64,000 bases of DNA, taken from positions 2,170,001 through 2,234,000 of the forward strand of contig NC_081396.1 in the NCBI RefSeq assembly GCF_030684315.1. Direction: 5' to 3'. Shown here in pieces: positions 22,774 to 33,352 of the stretch; the stretch's first letter is position 1, and every line of letters begins with the position of its first letter. The translations under genes were made by a program, and so were the position numbers. This stretch comes from Stegostoma tigrinum (lineage: Eukaryota). The notes under the pieces are model-generated. The model did not search any database. It was given only the letters and a program-made list of their open reading frames with translations, and was not told the DNA's origin.

Positions 22774-25030
22774 GGGGATTCTCTAAGGGCGTTTGTGGCA
22801 GGGGCGGGGTGTGAGGGATGTGTTGCGGGTAATATGGAAGACGCGGTCAAGGGCGTTGTCGATCACTGTGGGGGGAAAGTTGCGGTTCTTGAAGAACTTG
22901 GATATCTGGGATGTGCGGGAGTGGAATGTCTTATCGTGGGAGAGGATGCGGCGGAGGCGGAGGAATTGGGAATAGGGGATGGAATTTTTGCAGGAGGGTG
23001 GGTGGGAGGAGGTGTATTCTAGGTAGCTGTGGGAGTCAGTGGGCTTGAAATGGACATCGATTACAAGCTGGTTTCCTGAGATGGAGACTGAGAGATCAGG
23101 AAGGTGAGGGATGTGCTGGAGATGGCCCAGGTGAACTGAAGGTTGGGGTGGAAGGTGTTGGTGAAGTGGATGAATTGTTCGAGCTCCTCTGGGGAGCAAG
23201 AGGCGGCGCCGATACAGTCATCAAATGTACCGGAGGAAGAGGTGGGGTTTGGGACCTGTGTAGGTGCAGAAGAGGGACTGTTCCACGTTACCTACAAAGA
23301 GGCAGGCATAGCTGGGGCCCATGCGGGTGCCCATGGCCACCCCCTTACTCTGTAGGAAGTGGGAGGAGTCAAAACAGAAGTTGCTGAGGGTGAGGACGAG
23401 TTCGGCTAGGTGGATGAGGGTGTCGGTAGCGGGGGACTAGTCGGGCCTGCGGGACAGGAAGAAGCGGAGGGGCTTGAGGCCATCTGCATGTGGAATGCAG
23501 GTGTATAGGGACTGGACGTTCATGGTGAAGATGAGGTGATGGGGGCCAGGGAATTGGAAGTCCTGGAGGAGGTGGAGGGCGTGGGTGGCGTCACGGACGT
23601 AGGTAGGGAGTTCGTGGATCAAAGGGGAGAAAATGGAGTCCAGATAGGTGGAGATGAGTTCGGTGGGGCAGGAGCAGGCTGAGACGATGGTTCGACCAGG
23701 TCAGGCACGGTTGTGGATTTTGGGAAGGAGATAGAAACGGGCCGTGCTGGGTTGGGGAACAAAGAGGTTGGAGGCTGTGGGTGGGAGGTCCCCTGAGGTG
23801 ATGAGGTCATGAATGGTGTTGGAGATGATGGTTTTGTGCTCGGGTGTGGGGTCATGATCGAGGGGGCGGTAGGATGTGGTGTTGGAGAGTTGGCGTCTGG
23901 CCTCGGCGATGTAGAGGTCAGTGCGCCATACTACCACAGTGTCACCATTGTCTGGGGGTTTGATGGTGAGGTAGGGGTTTGAGCGGAGGGAGGGGAGGGC
24001 TGCCCGTTCTGCAGGGGAGAGGTTGGAGTGGGTGAGAGGGGTGGAGAGATTGAGGCGGTTATTGTGTCAACGGAAGTTGGAGATTCAGAGGTCGAGGGAA
24101 GGTAGGAGGCCAGGGTGTGGTGTCCAGGAGGAGGACTTGTCTTGGAAGCGGGTGACGGGGTCAGTGGAGGGAGGGTTAGGATCCCGGTTGAAGAAGTAGG
24201 CGTGGAGGCGAAGGTGGCGGAAAAACTGCTCTATGTCCAATCGTGACTGGCATTCATTGATGTGTGGTTGTAGGGGGACAAAGGTGAGCCCCTTACCAAG
24301 GACTGACCGTTCGTCCTCAGTCAGTGGGAGGTCTGGGGGCATGGTGAAAATGCGGCAGGGTTCAGTGCGGCTGTCTCCTCTGGGGTTGCTGGCTGTGGAG
24401 GTTGTGGGCGGAGCAATGAGGTCGACGGCCGTGGGCGGGGTTCCGTTGGCGTCGGCCGTGGGCAGCGTTCCGTTGGCGTCGGCCGTGGGCGGGGTTCCGT
24501 CGGCGTCGGCCGTGGGCTGGGTTCCGTCGGCGGTTGGAGTATCGTGGTGGGCGGCAGCAGCTGCGGTGAGGCTGGTGTGTGAGGTATTGTAACTGGAAGA
24601 CGAAGTGGTGACTGCAGCAACAGTCCCGGAAGTGGTGTGGCCGGCGGATGCGGATGTGACGTCATCGGTGGGGTCTCCGGCCGTGTCCTCATGGTCAATG
24701 GCGGCGGGTGCATGGTCGGGGAGGGGCAAGGACAGACTCGGGATTTGGGAGGCGCAGGAATCCTCTTGTGGGTGGCAGGGGCCACTGAGTTTGTTGTACT
24801 GAAGATTTTTGGTGTCCAGTAAAGCTGAGTAAAACTGGGTGTTCAGTCTGTGGATCCTGCGGACAATAAAAAACAGCAGAGACCCTTTGCAGGTCTGGGA
24901 GAGGGAGGCTCTGAGCTGCGGCAGGCTGGATTGCAGTCTGTGGAGGTGCCGGCGCATGGCTGCGAGTGTCTGTTTCAGGACTCGCAGGGAGAAACTCTTC
25001 TGAACGGTCTGAATATTCTGGGTGTAGAGG
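22774..25030 (-). pseudogene. Penelope-like ORF (N-terminal region + RT), frameshifted
   Basis: ERSVLGKGLTFVP, FYLLPKIH, IFTMNVQSLYTCIP, GVAMGTRMGPSYA, RYI/DDCIG (1-nt insertion), YLEYTSSHP..CKNSIPYSQFLRLRRI. Confidence 0.92.
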
Positions 25031-25034
25031 TCCG

Positions 25035-25570
25035 ACCCCACCACACAAGACATTTTTCCATCCCCACCCCTGTCTGCTTTCCAGAGAGAACTCTCTCTCT
25101 GTGACTCCCTTGTTCGCTCCACACTGCCCTCCAACCCCACCACAACCTGCACCTTCCCTGCAACTGCGGGAAATGCTACACTTGCCCCCACACCTCCTCC
25201 CTCACCCGAACCCAGGCCCCAAGATAACTTTCCACATTAAGCAGAGGTTCACCTGCACATCTGCCAATGTGGTATACTGCATCCACTGTACCCGTTGTGG
25301 CCTCCTCTACATTGGGGAAACCAAGCTGATGCTTGGGGACCGCTTTGCAGAACACCTCCGCTTGGTTCGCAACAAACAACTGCACCTCCCAGTCGCAAAC
25401 CATTTCCACTCCCCCTCCCATTCTTTAGATGACATGTCCATCATGGGCCTCCTGCAGTGCCACATTGATGCCACCCGAAGGTTGCAGGAACAGCAACTCA
25501 TATTCCGCTTGGGAACCCTGCAGCCTAATGGTATCAATGTGGACTTCACCAGCTTCAAAATCTCCGTTTC
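25035..25570 (+). pseudogene. Penelope GIY-YIG endonuclease domain, inverted relative to RT (second copy ~21130-21660, minus)
   Basis: FTCTSANVVYCIHCTRCGLLYIGET...RFAEH...LPVANHF...EQQLIFRLGTLQPNGIN. Confidence 0.92.
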
Positions 25571-25918
25571 CCCCACCGCATCCCTAAACCAGCCCAGTTC
25601 GTCCCCTCCCCCCACTGCACCAAACAACCAGCCCAGCTCTTCCCCTCCACCCACTGCATCCCAAAACCAGTCCAAGCTGTCTCTGCCTCCCTAACCTGTT
25701 CTTCCTCTCACCATCCCTTCCTCCTACCCCAAGCCGCACCCCCATCTCCTACCTACTAACCTCATCCCACCTCCTTGACCTGCCCGAATTCCCTGGACTG
25801 ACCTCTCCCCTCCCTACCTCCCCGCCTGTACTCTCTCCACCGATCTTCTTTTCTCTCCATCTTTGGTCCGCCTCCCCCTCTCTCCCTATTTATTCCAGAA
25901 CCCTCACCCCATCCCCCT

Positions 25919-25952
25919 CTCTGATGAAGGGTCTAGGCCCGAAACGTCAGCT
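25919..25952 (+). ncRNA. Minimal hammerhead ribozyme core in PLE pLTR (3)
   Basis: ctgatga (25921-25927), gggtc/ggccc stem II, gaaac, gtc (25946-25948). Confidence 0.75.
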
Positions 25953-26688
25953 TTTGTGCTCCTGAGATGCTGCTTGGACTGCGGTGTTCATCCAGCCTCA
26001 CATTTTGTTGTCTTGAATGTGTCATATAACCAGTCCAAAGGAGCCCCGAACATCCTGCCAAGCCAAATGCTTTGCACACCCTGCACGATCTGTCAGCACC
26101 AAGAATCGTGCCCCACCAAGGCCCTGCACGATATCCCACTCTTCTCCATTATGTTGATCAAGAATTGCTCTTCCACATGTTCTTATGAAAGAACGTAAGG
26201 TTAAAAAAAAAATAAGAGCATGTGAAATATGAGCCGGAATCGACGCTTCCAGTGTGCCCCATTGAGATTAATTCACTGCGCAGATTACAGCATCCGGCTA
26301 AATTCACTTGGTCCACAGCAGGGCACACGGTGATCACGAAATTCAGATCATGAACCATTTTTTCTGCAAACAGTGACAGTCTGAGGATACGAAATGGGTG
26401 GAATACTCCAATTCGAGACGATCACACAACATAACGCCAGCTGTTTGAACTCCTCCAGTTCCAAGTCTGACTAATGCTGACCAATGTTTTTGTTTCTGTT
26501 CAAGGTTTTCAGACTGAAACGAAAAGCTTTACCCAACAGTTGTCAACTCCTTGATCACAAGTCTGTTTTGTTTGATAAACCCGACTGCATTTCCTAGCGT
26601 TCATGTTGTTCCCCACTAACACTTCCACATGATTAATTGTCTTACCTTCCTTGTTTTCACTTGCTGTGTGCTTGCCGCTACCTTTCAG

Positions 26689-27044
26689 AGATGAGTAATA
26701 GAGACTCAGTACCCCAGGCAAAGCAAAGAGTCCAAGCACAAGCAGATGAAACTTCCGCAATCGTTTGCTGTTACCCTGTGTCTAATTCAGCTGCGCTGTA
26801 TGAAATGCTGTGGTATGGTCAGAACCCATAATAAGCATGTCAGTATCAGCTCACATTCAGCTGTTATGGATGGAATAAAAAGATTCCCTGCTCTGATCAT
26901 TGCAGTCGGAATCTCAATCCGACTGCAGCGAATTTTCAACTGCCAGTTAATGATAATTAATTTTCAACTGATTCATTTTCAAATGAATTATTATGCTCTG
27001 ATATCAACAGTCTATTCGGAACACTTAAATCTTATACAAAAACA
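26689..27044 (+). pseudogene. TCR alpha/delta-type V pseudogene with 23-RSS (copy A)
   Basis: Acceptor ctttcag; DSVPQ..VQAQADETSAIVCCY..MLWYGQNP*; TDS..NYYAL; aacagtc (27006-27012), 23 nt, acaaaaaca. Confidence 0.82.
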
Positions 27045-28095
27045 GAACACCTATTAAAATCAACGATGAGCTCAAGTAAATGCAAGTCATTGCTTGCTTG
27101 ACAATCTATGCAGGCAATCATAAACACACATGCACAGAGGGGCAAGCGTAGTCACTTCATGCACAGTCATTCAGTAAGGTCATAATTGACCTGGTCACGT
27201 TTTCTACTCACCTCATCATTAATATTTCTCTTTCTGGGTTATCAAGGCTCAGGCCACTTCAACAAGAAAAATATGATCTGACTCTGCTTTGACTTACTCT
27301 TGGCGAAGAATAAAACTACAAACACTCACAATTATCCTTAATTTAAAACGAAGAGTCAACAGCATTGCCTATTTCTGGAGCCACATTTAATCCGAACCAG
27401 GTAATTCAGCATTATTATTTTTCTAAAGGATTTTATTCACTGTTATTATTTCACACCAATCGATGAACATTTTACTGTAGGAAGCTAATTGCAGATGGTT
27501 TACGAACTGAATTTACATTATAACAGCCGGTCTGCATGCAGAAAATTACTCTGAGCCCCCTGATCGCCAGTGCACCAAATAACCACGAAACCAGCATCTG
27601 CTGTTGCAATCTATATTGTCTTATGTTGATTTGTTAAAACTTCTTTCTTCATTCACGCTGTGGACATTAAGATTATTAATACATTTTTCCAGATCTAAAA
27701 TCAAATGACACGGATTTCGTTTACAGTTCCGCAAATTAAAAGATAAAATAATAACGTCCGTCTGTGGAACAGAAAAAGCAGATCACTTGAAAATTATCGT
27801 GATTGCTGCTCTCTCCACGTTGCACCTTCAAGCATCCCCAATCCCAGCGGACGGAATGACCCTGATACCAGAAACGTTTCTCCCTCAGTTTAAACTTCTG
27901 TTCAGATAAAGTTAAAATACACTGTCATAATTACTGTAAACATGTAGCAATGGAATGTCATACGTAATACCTGTGGTGTTTTGAGACCAGGTCACAGATT
28001 GTAAATGCAACCATTACTTTTTTCAAAATATCAGCTGATTGCAGCTCAGAGTCACCACGCTGATGTCAAATTTAGATACTGCAGAACCCCCGTAC

Positions 28096-28281
28096 NNNNN
28101 NNNNNNNNNNNNNNNNNNNNNNNNNNNNNNNNNNNNNNNNNNNNNNNNNNNNNNNNNNNNNNNNNNNNNNNNNNNNNNNNNNNNNNNNNNNNNNNNNNNN
28201 NNNNNNNNNNNNNNNNNNNNNNNNNNNNNNNNNNNNNNNNNNNNNNNNNNNNNNNNNNNNNNNNNNNNNNNNNNNNNNNNN
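28096..28281. other. Assembly gap (186 N)
   Basis: The homologous copy-B interval 62577-62703 is a CT/GA microsatellite. Confidence 0.95.
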
Positions 28282-28515
28282 ACTTGTTGACTTGATTTGA
28301 TCAACATCATAATTGTTCAGCGATCTACTTTTCTGCTGAGCCAGAGGATTGGCTGCACGACAGAACGATACAACCAGGAACAATGGGAGAATGTCTCAAA
28401 CCGTTGCTTGGCATTGTTTCTATTCTCACTTAATATCTCATATTGGAAAAAGATTATTTTTCACTTAAAATTTGCTCCTAATTTAACAGTAACAGTGACG
28501 ATAATGTTGACAAAT

Positions 28516-28900
28516 ATGAGGCTGGTGTTGGCTGTTGTTTCTTTCTTACTGCATTTTATGCTTGATTGGAGACAGCAGAACCCATTGGAACAACCATTTG
28601 TTGAAATAACTGTAGAGGAGGCAAACAAAAGTCACACTAAGTTGTATTTTGTATTCAAACACGAAAGCATACTGGTACATTCAACGTCCCAGGCAGCCTC
28701 CACAGTTACCATTGAGGCCATTTGAGTGCAGTGTGTCCACAGAAAACTGCCTTACAGATCTACTTTCTTCTTTGCTTTATAAAATTGACAAGATCACCGA
28801 ACTAACAATCAGCACAATTTCCTCCTCCAAAAGTGTTATGTATCACTGTGCCCTGCAACCTACACCGATGCAGACATATCATGCATTCCACACAAGAGCC
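28516..28900 (+). pseudogene. TCR alpha/delta-type V pseudogene (copy A)
   Basis: LEQPFVEITVEE / (+1 frameshift) VTLSC..AYWYIQRPRQPPQL..TELTIS..VMYHCALQP; degenerate RSS tacaccg-24-acaagagcc. Confidence 0.85.
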
Positions 28901-29379
28901 TACCGTGAGACTGTCCATTAGAGTTCATCGGAGGGCACCATCACATCAACAAACAGAATTCACTCTGAACAATGAGACAACCATAAAACTTGTCAAAAGG
29001 TTATGATGCACATAACGCTAAAGAAGAGCAGTCAAGCCTCGCCTGCTTAATTAATCACAGTTAATTCTGTTCTTACAACCGATTTGCTTTGTAAATCGTC
29101 CTAAAATATGTACTGCTATTCGATTCCAATCCTTCTCCAATTGAATCTATCAATCTTCTCTCCGTGCTGCACACAACATTGTAAAATCCTCCAGGTGAGT
29201 GGAGAGTACTCTCATACTTTTATGAGCTCTGTGCTGCAGACGGTGACAGGCTTCAAGGAGACAAGATGTGAGATACTCGCTAATTCCTATCTTCTCAACT
29301 GCTGGTATAATCACACTTATGTGGCTGCTCCAGTGTCTGCGGAAAGGGTACCCCCAGGATGTAGAAAGGGCTCTTTCAG

Positions 29380-29700
29380 AGAGGCAGTGGTATAGCAGTT
29401 CAGCAAGAAGTGTTGAGCTGTCTTTTGTTGAAGACGGTAATGTAAACGTTGCTTTAAACTATTCGAGGCGGGTTTGAACAGTATTCAGGCCTTGCTGCAT
29501 TTGCACACAATATCTGCTCAATATTGTACAAACATCAGCAAACAGGCGGACCTCTTAGAACCCAGGTCATAACAATATAGTCAGTTCCCAAGAAAGGCTG
29601 CAAGCTCTCGAAAGCTCACAGGGTCTGAGAGCAGGGCTTCTCTGCTGGCATGAGCCCTGTCAAGGAGCTCCACTGAGGTCTGTACTTTCAGTCCCTGGCC
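29380..29700 (+). pseudogene. Very decayed V-like segment (partial copy at 63802-64000)
   Basis: Acceptor ctttcag; GSGIAVQQ / LSFVEDGNVNVALNYS / LYKHQQTGGP / GLYF fragments; upstream caggtgagt donor near 29194; no RSS recognisable. Confidence 0.35.
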
Positions 29701-30382
29701 AAAGTAGGAGAGAGTCTCATTGATGAAGTAAGTGAAAATAATGGGTTCATAACACTCGTTCGAGTAACCCCTGCAAAGGCATCCTTGGAAAGAGATGACA
29801 GACCGCCAACAAACACTAACTATTTCATCTGTTCGAGATATGATTTCAAATAGCTGAAATGTTAACCAATTTTATTTGACACATTGTACAAGGTCAGGTC
29901 TCACGAACAAAGATATATCCTGTAGTCCCAGATGTCAGTTGCGACACAGTTAAAATGACAGTTCTGCAAATTGTGGTCACAGAAAATGTGCTGCAGTACT
30001 ATGTCATGCGATGCTGTCTTTTAAACATTGACTTTAAGTTTCTTCACAAATATTGTGGAATGATTTTGGCTGGATTATTTGTCTATCAGAAAATTCTCAT
30101 TCATAATTCCAGCCTGAATTCGGCAAATCACAAGTAGTACATATTTTGCTGCTTGAGGTTGTGTTCCTCAGCAATGTTACTTTTAAAAACACTGATCATC
30201 AACTGATTATCGAACACAACGAAAACAGGATAGGCGCTGAGAAAATTTCCGATTGAAATTATGTGACAGGTGCCGTCAGGTGCACCAGAGGAATGATATG
30301 AAACAAATCTCCGTCCACAATCCCTCTTTCCCAATGTCATGGTGCGCCATATAAGAACAGAATACATTCTCCTGTACTGTTC

Positions 30383-30690
30383 CATGGAATCCCTACAGTA
30401 TGGAAACAGGACCTTGAGTCCAACAAGTCCACGCCAACACTCAGAACGTCCCACCCAGTTCAATCCCCATAAAACCCACCTGTCCTACACATTCCTGAAA
30501 ACTTTGGAAAATTTAGCATCGCCAATCCACCCAGGCAGCTCATCATTGGACTGTGGCAGGATAAAAGAGCACCCACGCAGACAAGGAGAGAAAGTGCAAA
30601 CTTCACTCAGACAGTCGCCCAAGCTTGGAATCGAACCCGGGTTCCTGGCGCTGGCAGTAGTGTTAAACAATGAGCCACTGGAATTGCCCC
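30383..30690 (-). mobile_element. HE1-type V-SINE
   Basis: Minus-strand B box gggttcgattcc, V-core and CR1-type tail ctgtagggattc. Confidence 0.82.
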
Positions 30691-31116
30691 CGTTCCAAAC
30701 AAAATGTCATGTCATGGAATATACTGCAGGAAGCAGCTACATGATAAATTTCCTCTCGACTGAGGCTGAGTCTGGACAAAACATGCAGGGAATGAATATG
30801 AATGTAAGTATGGTCCAAGTGGGCTTTCTCTCCCTCTGACTAATCCCCGCAGTGTTGGAAATTTGCCATTTGGTGGTGAATTAAAACAAGATCAAATTAA
30901 GACATCTCCACACCGGTAGCAAAAGAACAACAGCATTGTGTAATGACTTACATGAAACATGAAACAACCTGAGCGGCTTTGACACCGCAGATTTTACGAG
31001 GATGTTTCCACTTCTTGGAGAATCTAAAACTTTCGGACAAGTTTCAAGACATCACCAACCTCAGTGACCCCAGGTAACTGATTTGAGCGAGGTCGTACCG
31101 TGTCCTGAATCCAACA

Positions 31117-31392
31117 GTGATTGGTTGGCTGTTAAGATACGAAGTGAGAAATCAACCAATCACATCATGGTGGGACGTCCCTCTGTTTCCAAAGAAGTGA
31201 AGGTTATCCGTGGTCTGAGCTCAATGTCTTAGATGAGACGAAAACTGTCGGAGTCTTTCGGTGTACTGGTGTTGTCATAACTCACAGCCAGAAGGTTCTG
31301 CGTTTGAGTCACGTACAATAGGTGTAAGATAAGATTTCTAAACAGATTAAACAGAAAATATTAAGACAAAGTTCCATCTTTTTTGTTTTTAG
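31117..31392 (+). promoter_or_regulatory. Putative V-gene promoter and 5'-UTR intron
   Basis: Inverted CCAAT pair (31117-31127 / 31153-31163); TGAGTCA at 31305-31311; gtaaga (31324) to polypyrimidine-ag (31392). Confidence 0.45.
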
Positions 31393-31416
31393 TTTGGTCA
31401 GATGAAAACTGATGTC

Positions 31417-31852
31417 ATGGGTACCCTGAGAACATTACTGATAATCGTTACTATTCTGCATGGTGAGGCTGAACTAAAGCCAGCACTAAGTATTCTTTTA
31501 GTTACATTTACTGACATGCTTTTAACAACTTTTTCAAATTTGTTACAGGAACGAGTAGTCAAGATTCAGTTTCGCAGAGCCCACCTCATTTATCGGCAGA
31601 GGAAGGACAAATGGTCATGTTGAACTGTAGTTACGAATCGTCGGGTGCTCCTACTCTCTTCTGGTACGTCCAGTATCCTGGGGAAGCTCCGAGATATTTA
31701 CTGAAGAGGTACAAGAATGAAGACGGGGACAGCTCACCAGATTTCCGTGACCGGTTTTCTGCCAATTTGGACAAAGTCAATAAAGTGGTTCCTTTGAGAA
31801 TTAATGAAACCCGTCTGTCTGACTCAGCCATCTATCTCTGTGCTATGAGTAA
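31417..31852 (+). CDS. Intact TCR alpha/delta variable gene segment (L exon 31417-31462, alternative ATG 31402; V exon 31549-31852)
   Basis: MGTLRTLLIIVTILH|G, phase-1 GT-AG intron, then TSSQDSVSQSP..EEGQMVMLNCSY..TLFWYVQYPGEAPRYLL..DRFSANLD..VPLRI..RLSDSAIYLCAMS. Both Cys and the Trp are present; no stops. Confidence 0.95.
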
Positions 31853-31891
31853 CACTCTGAGACAGAGACACAGACAGCCCGAACAAAAACC
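31853..31891 (+). other. 23-spacer recombination signal sequence
   Basis: cactctg + 23 nt (31860-31882) + consensus nonamer acaaaaacc. Confidence 0.93.
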
Positions 31892-32169
31892 TGAAAGACT
31901 CTCTTACCTCCCTTGTCTGTATCAGATCTATAACTTTTACTACGAATTGTTAATATGATCAAAACCACAGTACAAAGAGCACATCACATTTTGGAACTCT
32001 TTCGATTGTGCAGAATGCAGGTCATTCAACATAAACTGCCTGCTTCAAGCAGCTGCGAGTTTTATTCATGGTCAGCGAGCAACTCGTTTAATAGAAAGTT
32101 GTGGGAGTGTTACCATAACAGTTTACCATTACCCATCAGTAACTGAAATCAATGATAAGCTGCATTGAA

Positions 32170-32420
32170 AGAAAACACCCGATGGACACTTCTATTTTGC
32201 ACAGAGCGTTCGTGTGTGGAATGAATTGCCAGCAAATGTGGGTGCAGTAACAGTGTTTAAAAGACATTTGTTTAAACACTTGGATGATGAAAAAAAAGTG
32301 AATAGTGATATAGGACAAGCACCGTCAGGTGGTAAAAGTTTAGTTTCGGATTACGCTCGATGTAGACAGTTTTAAACGCAGGTTCTGTTTTCGAGCCATG
32401 TCAGTCGGTTACTCTAATTG
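32170..32420 (+). mobile_element. CR1 3'-end fragment
   Basis: cacagagcgttcgtgtgtggaatgaattgccag (VRVWNELP), tttaaaagacatttg, and tail. Confidence 0.75.
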
Positions 32421-32820
32421 AATACAATAGCAGTTTCACTATCATTAACTGCTCCAAAGCCGCTTCGTTGTTCAGTCAAGTTAATTTCATTCCAAAATTG
32501 ATAGATCAATGGATGCTAAAGGAAACAATTGTCGTAAAGCTGTCAAGTTTGTGAGAGTTGTACAAACTTCACTGAGTGGAACGGCAAGTTCAGTGAACTA
32601 AATGACCTTCTGCAGCTCAAGTTTTCAACGTTGTATTGACAATAGATCTGACGTAATGGACTGGAGAACAAAGCAACTGTGAGATGATCGGAGGCACATT
32701 TGCGAATCTGTCAGAAATATCCATCTGGCAGGGAGACAAGATATGACTCAATGTCAGCTCTGAGATGAGCCAATTCAGCTTCATCTCGCTCTCTGCATTT
32801 CTGCCATCAGTTCTGCAAAC

Positions 32821-33352
32821 TTGTCAACCCTTATTTTTTCCTCATCCCTCACTGCTGTAGCCCTTTTAACTGGTAAGATCTTAAGTTGAAAAATGCAAAC
32901 CTTTCATCGACACTCGTCTTATCAGCATTTCTCTCTATTTTCAACAAATTCCCTGGCCTTGATGATATTAATTAGAATAAAACACAAATGCGGGCCTTTA
33001 TATAAAAATTCCTTCTTTTTTATGTAGATGTTAAATGTGCAGACTCTGTATCACAGAAGCAGATTAAAATGATACAGTTTGAAGGAGACTTAGTGACGAT
33101 TAATCTCAGCTGTTCTGCCTGAGCTGAAAAATGTTGCTTCCAATTGTATCGTCAGGATATTGGTAAATCTCCTACATTCCTTCACTACATCCATACTTGT
33201 GGCGATGTTTCTAGGTCAAAATGGCGTTGGGCTTAGGTTTTCTGCTTTTCTGGACATTTCGGAAACTGAGGAGAATTTCACCATTGGTGAGCTGTGGCTG
33301 TCTGACTGCAGTCCATGACTGTGGGCGGAAAAACACTGCAGAGACAAAAACC
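32821..33352 (+). pseudogene. TCR alpha-type V pseudogene (leader 32821-32872 with TTG start; V 33028-33333)
   Basis: gtaag donor and tgtag acceptor; ADSVSQ..FEGDLVTIN..*..LYRQDIGKSPTFL..RFSAFLD..NFTI..LSD; heptamer cactgca only 3 nt from a perfect acaaaaacc; upstream TGACGTAA (32649) and TGACTCA (32744). Confidence 0.85.

Larger units (their letters stand above)
20204..26013. mobile_element. Compound Penelope-like retroelement insertion, copy-A-specific
   Basis: PLE RT and GIY-YIG motifs; flanking duplication tgaatgtgtca at 20193-20203 and 26014-26024; single empty site gaatgtgtcc at 60500-60509. Confidence 0.93.
1..29578 (+). repeat. Segmental duplication, copy A (paralogous to 38893-64000)
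   Basis: 1-163 matches 38893-39055; 1060 onward matches 39342 onward; colinear through the ERV, CR1, GPCR, SINEs and V pseudogenes; the window end (...aacccaggtcataacaacat) matches 29559-29578. Confidence 0.97.

Noticed and set aside
21530-25191. Long ORFs 21530-22132 (+) and 24085-25191 (-) as novel proteins
   Set aside because: They are chimeras of antisense 3' PLE sequence read through the inversion junction into the PLE N-terminal region.
26280-26510. Possible extra V exon (FFCKQ..KWV..ADQCFCFC)
   Set aside because: Too short, lacks the Trp and an RSS; may instead include the decayed leader of the 26689 V.
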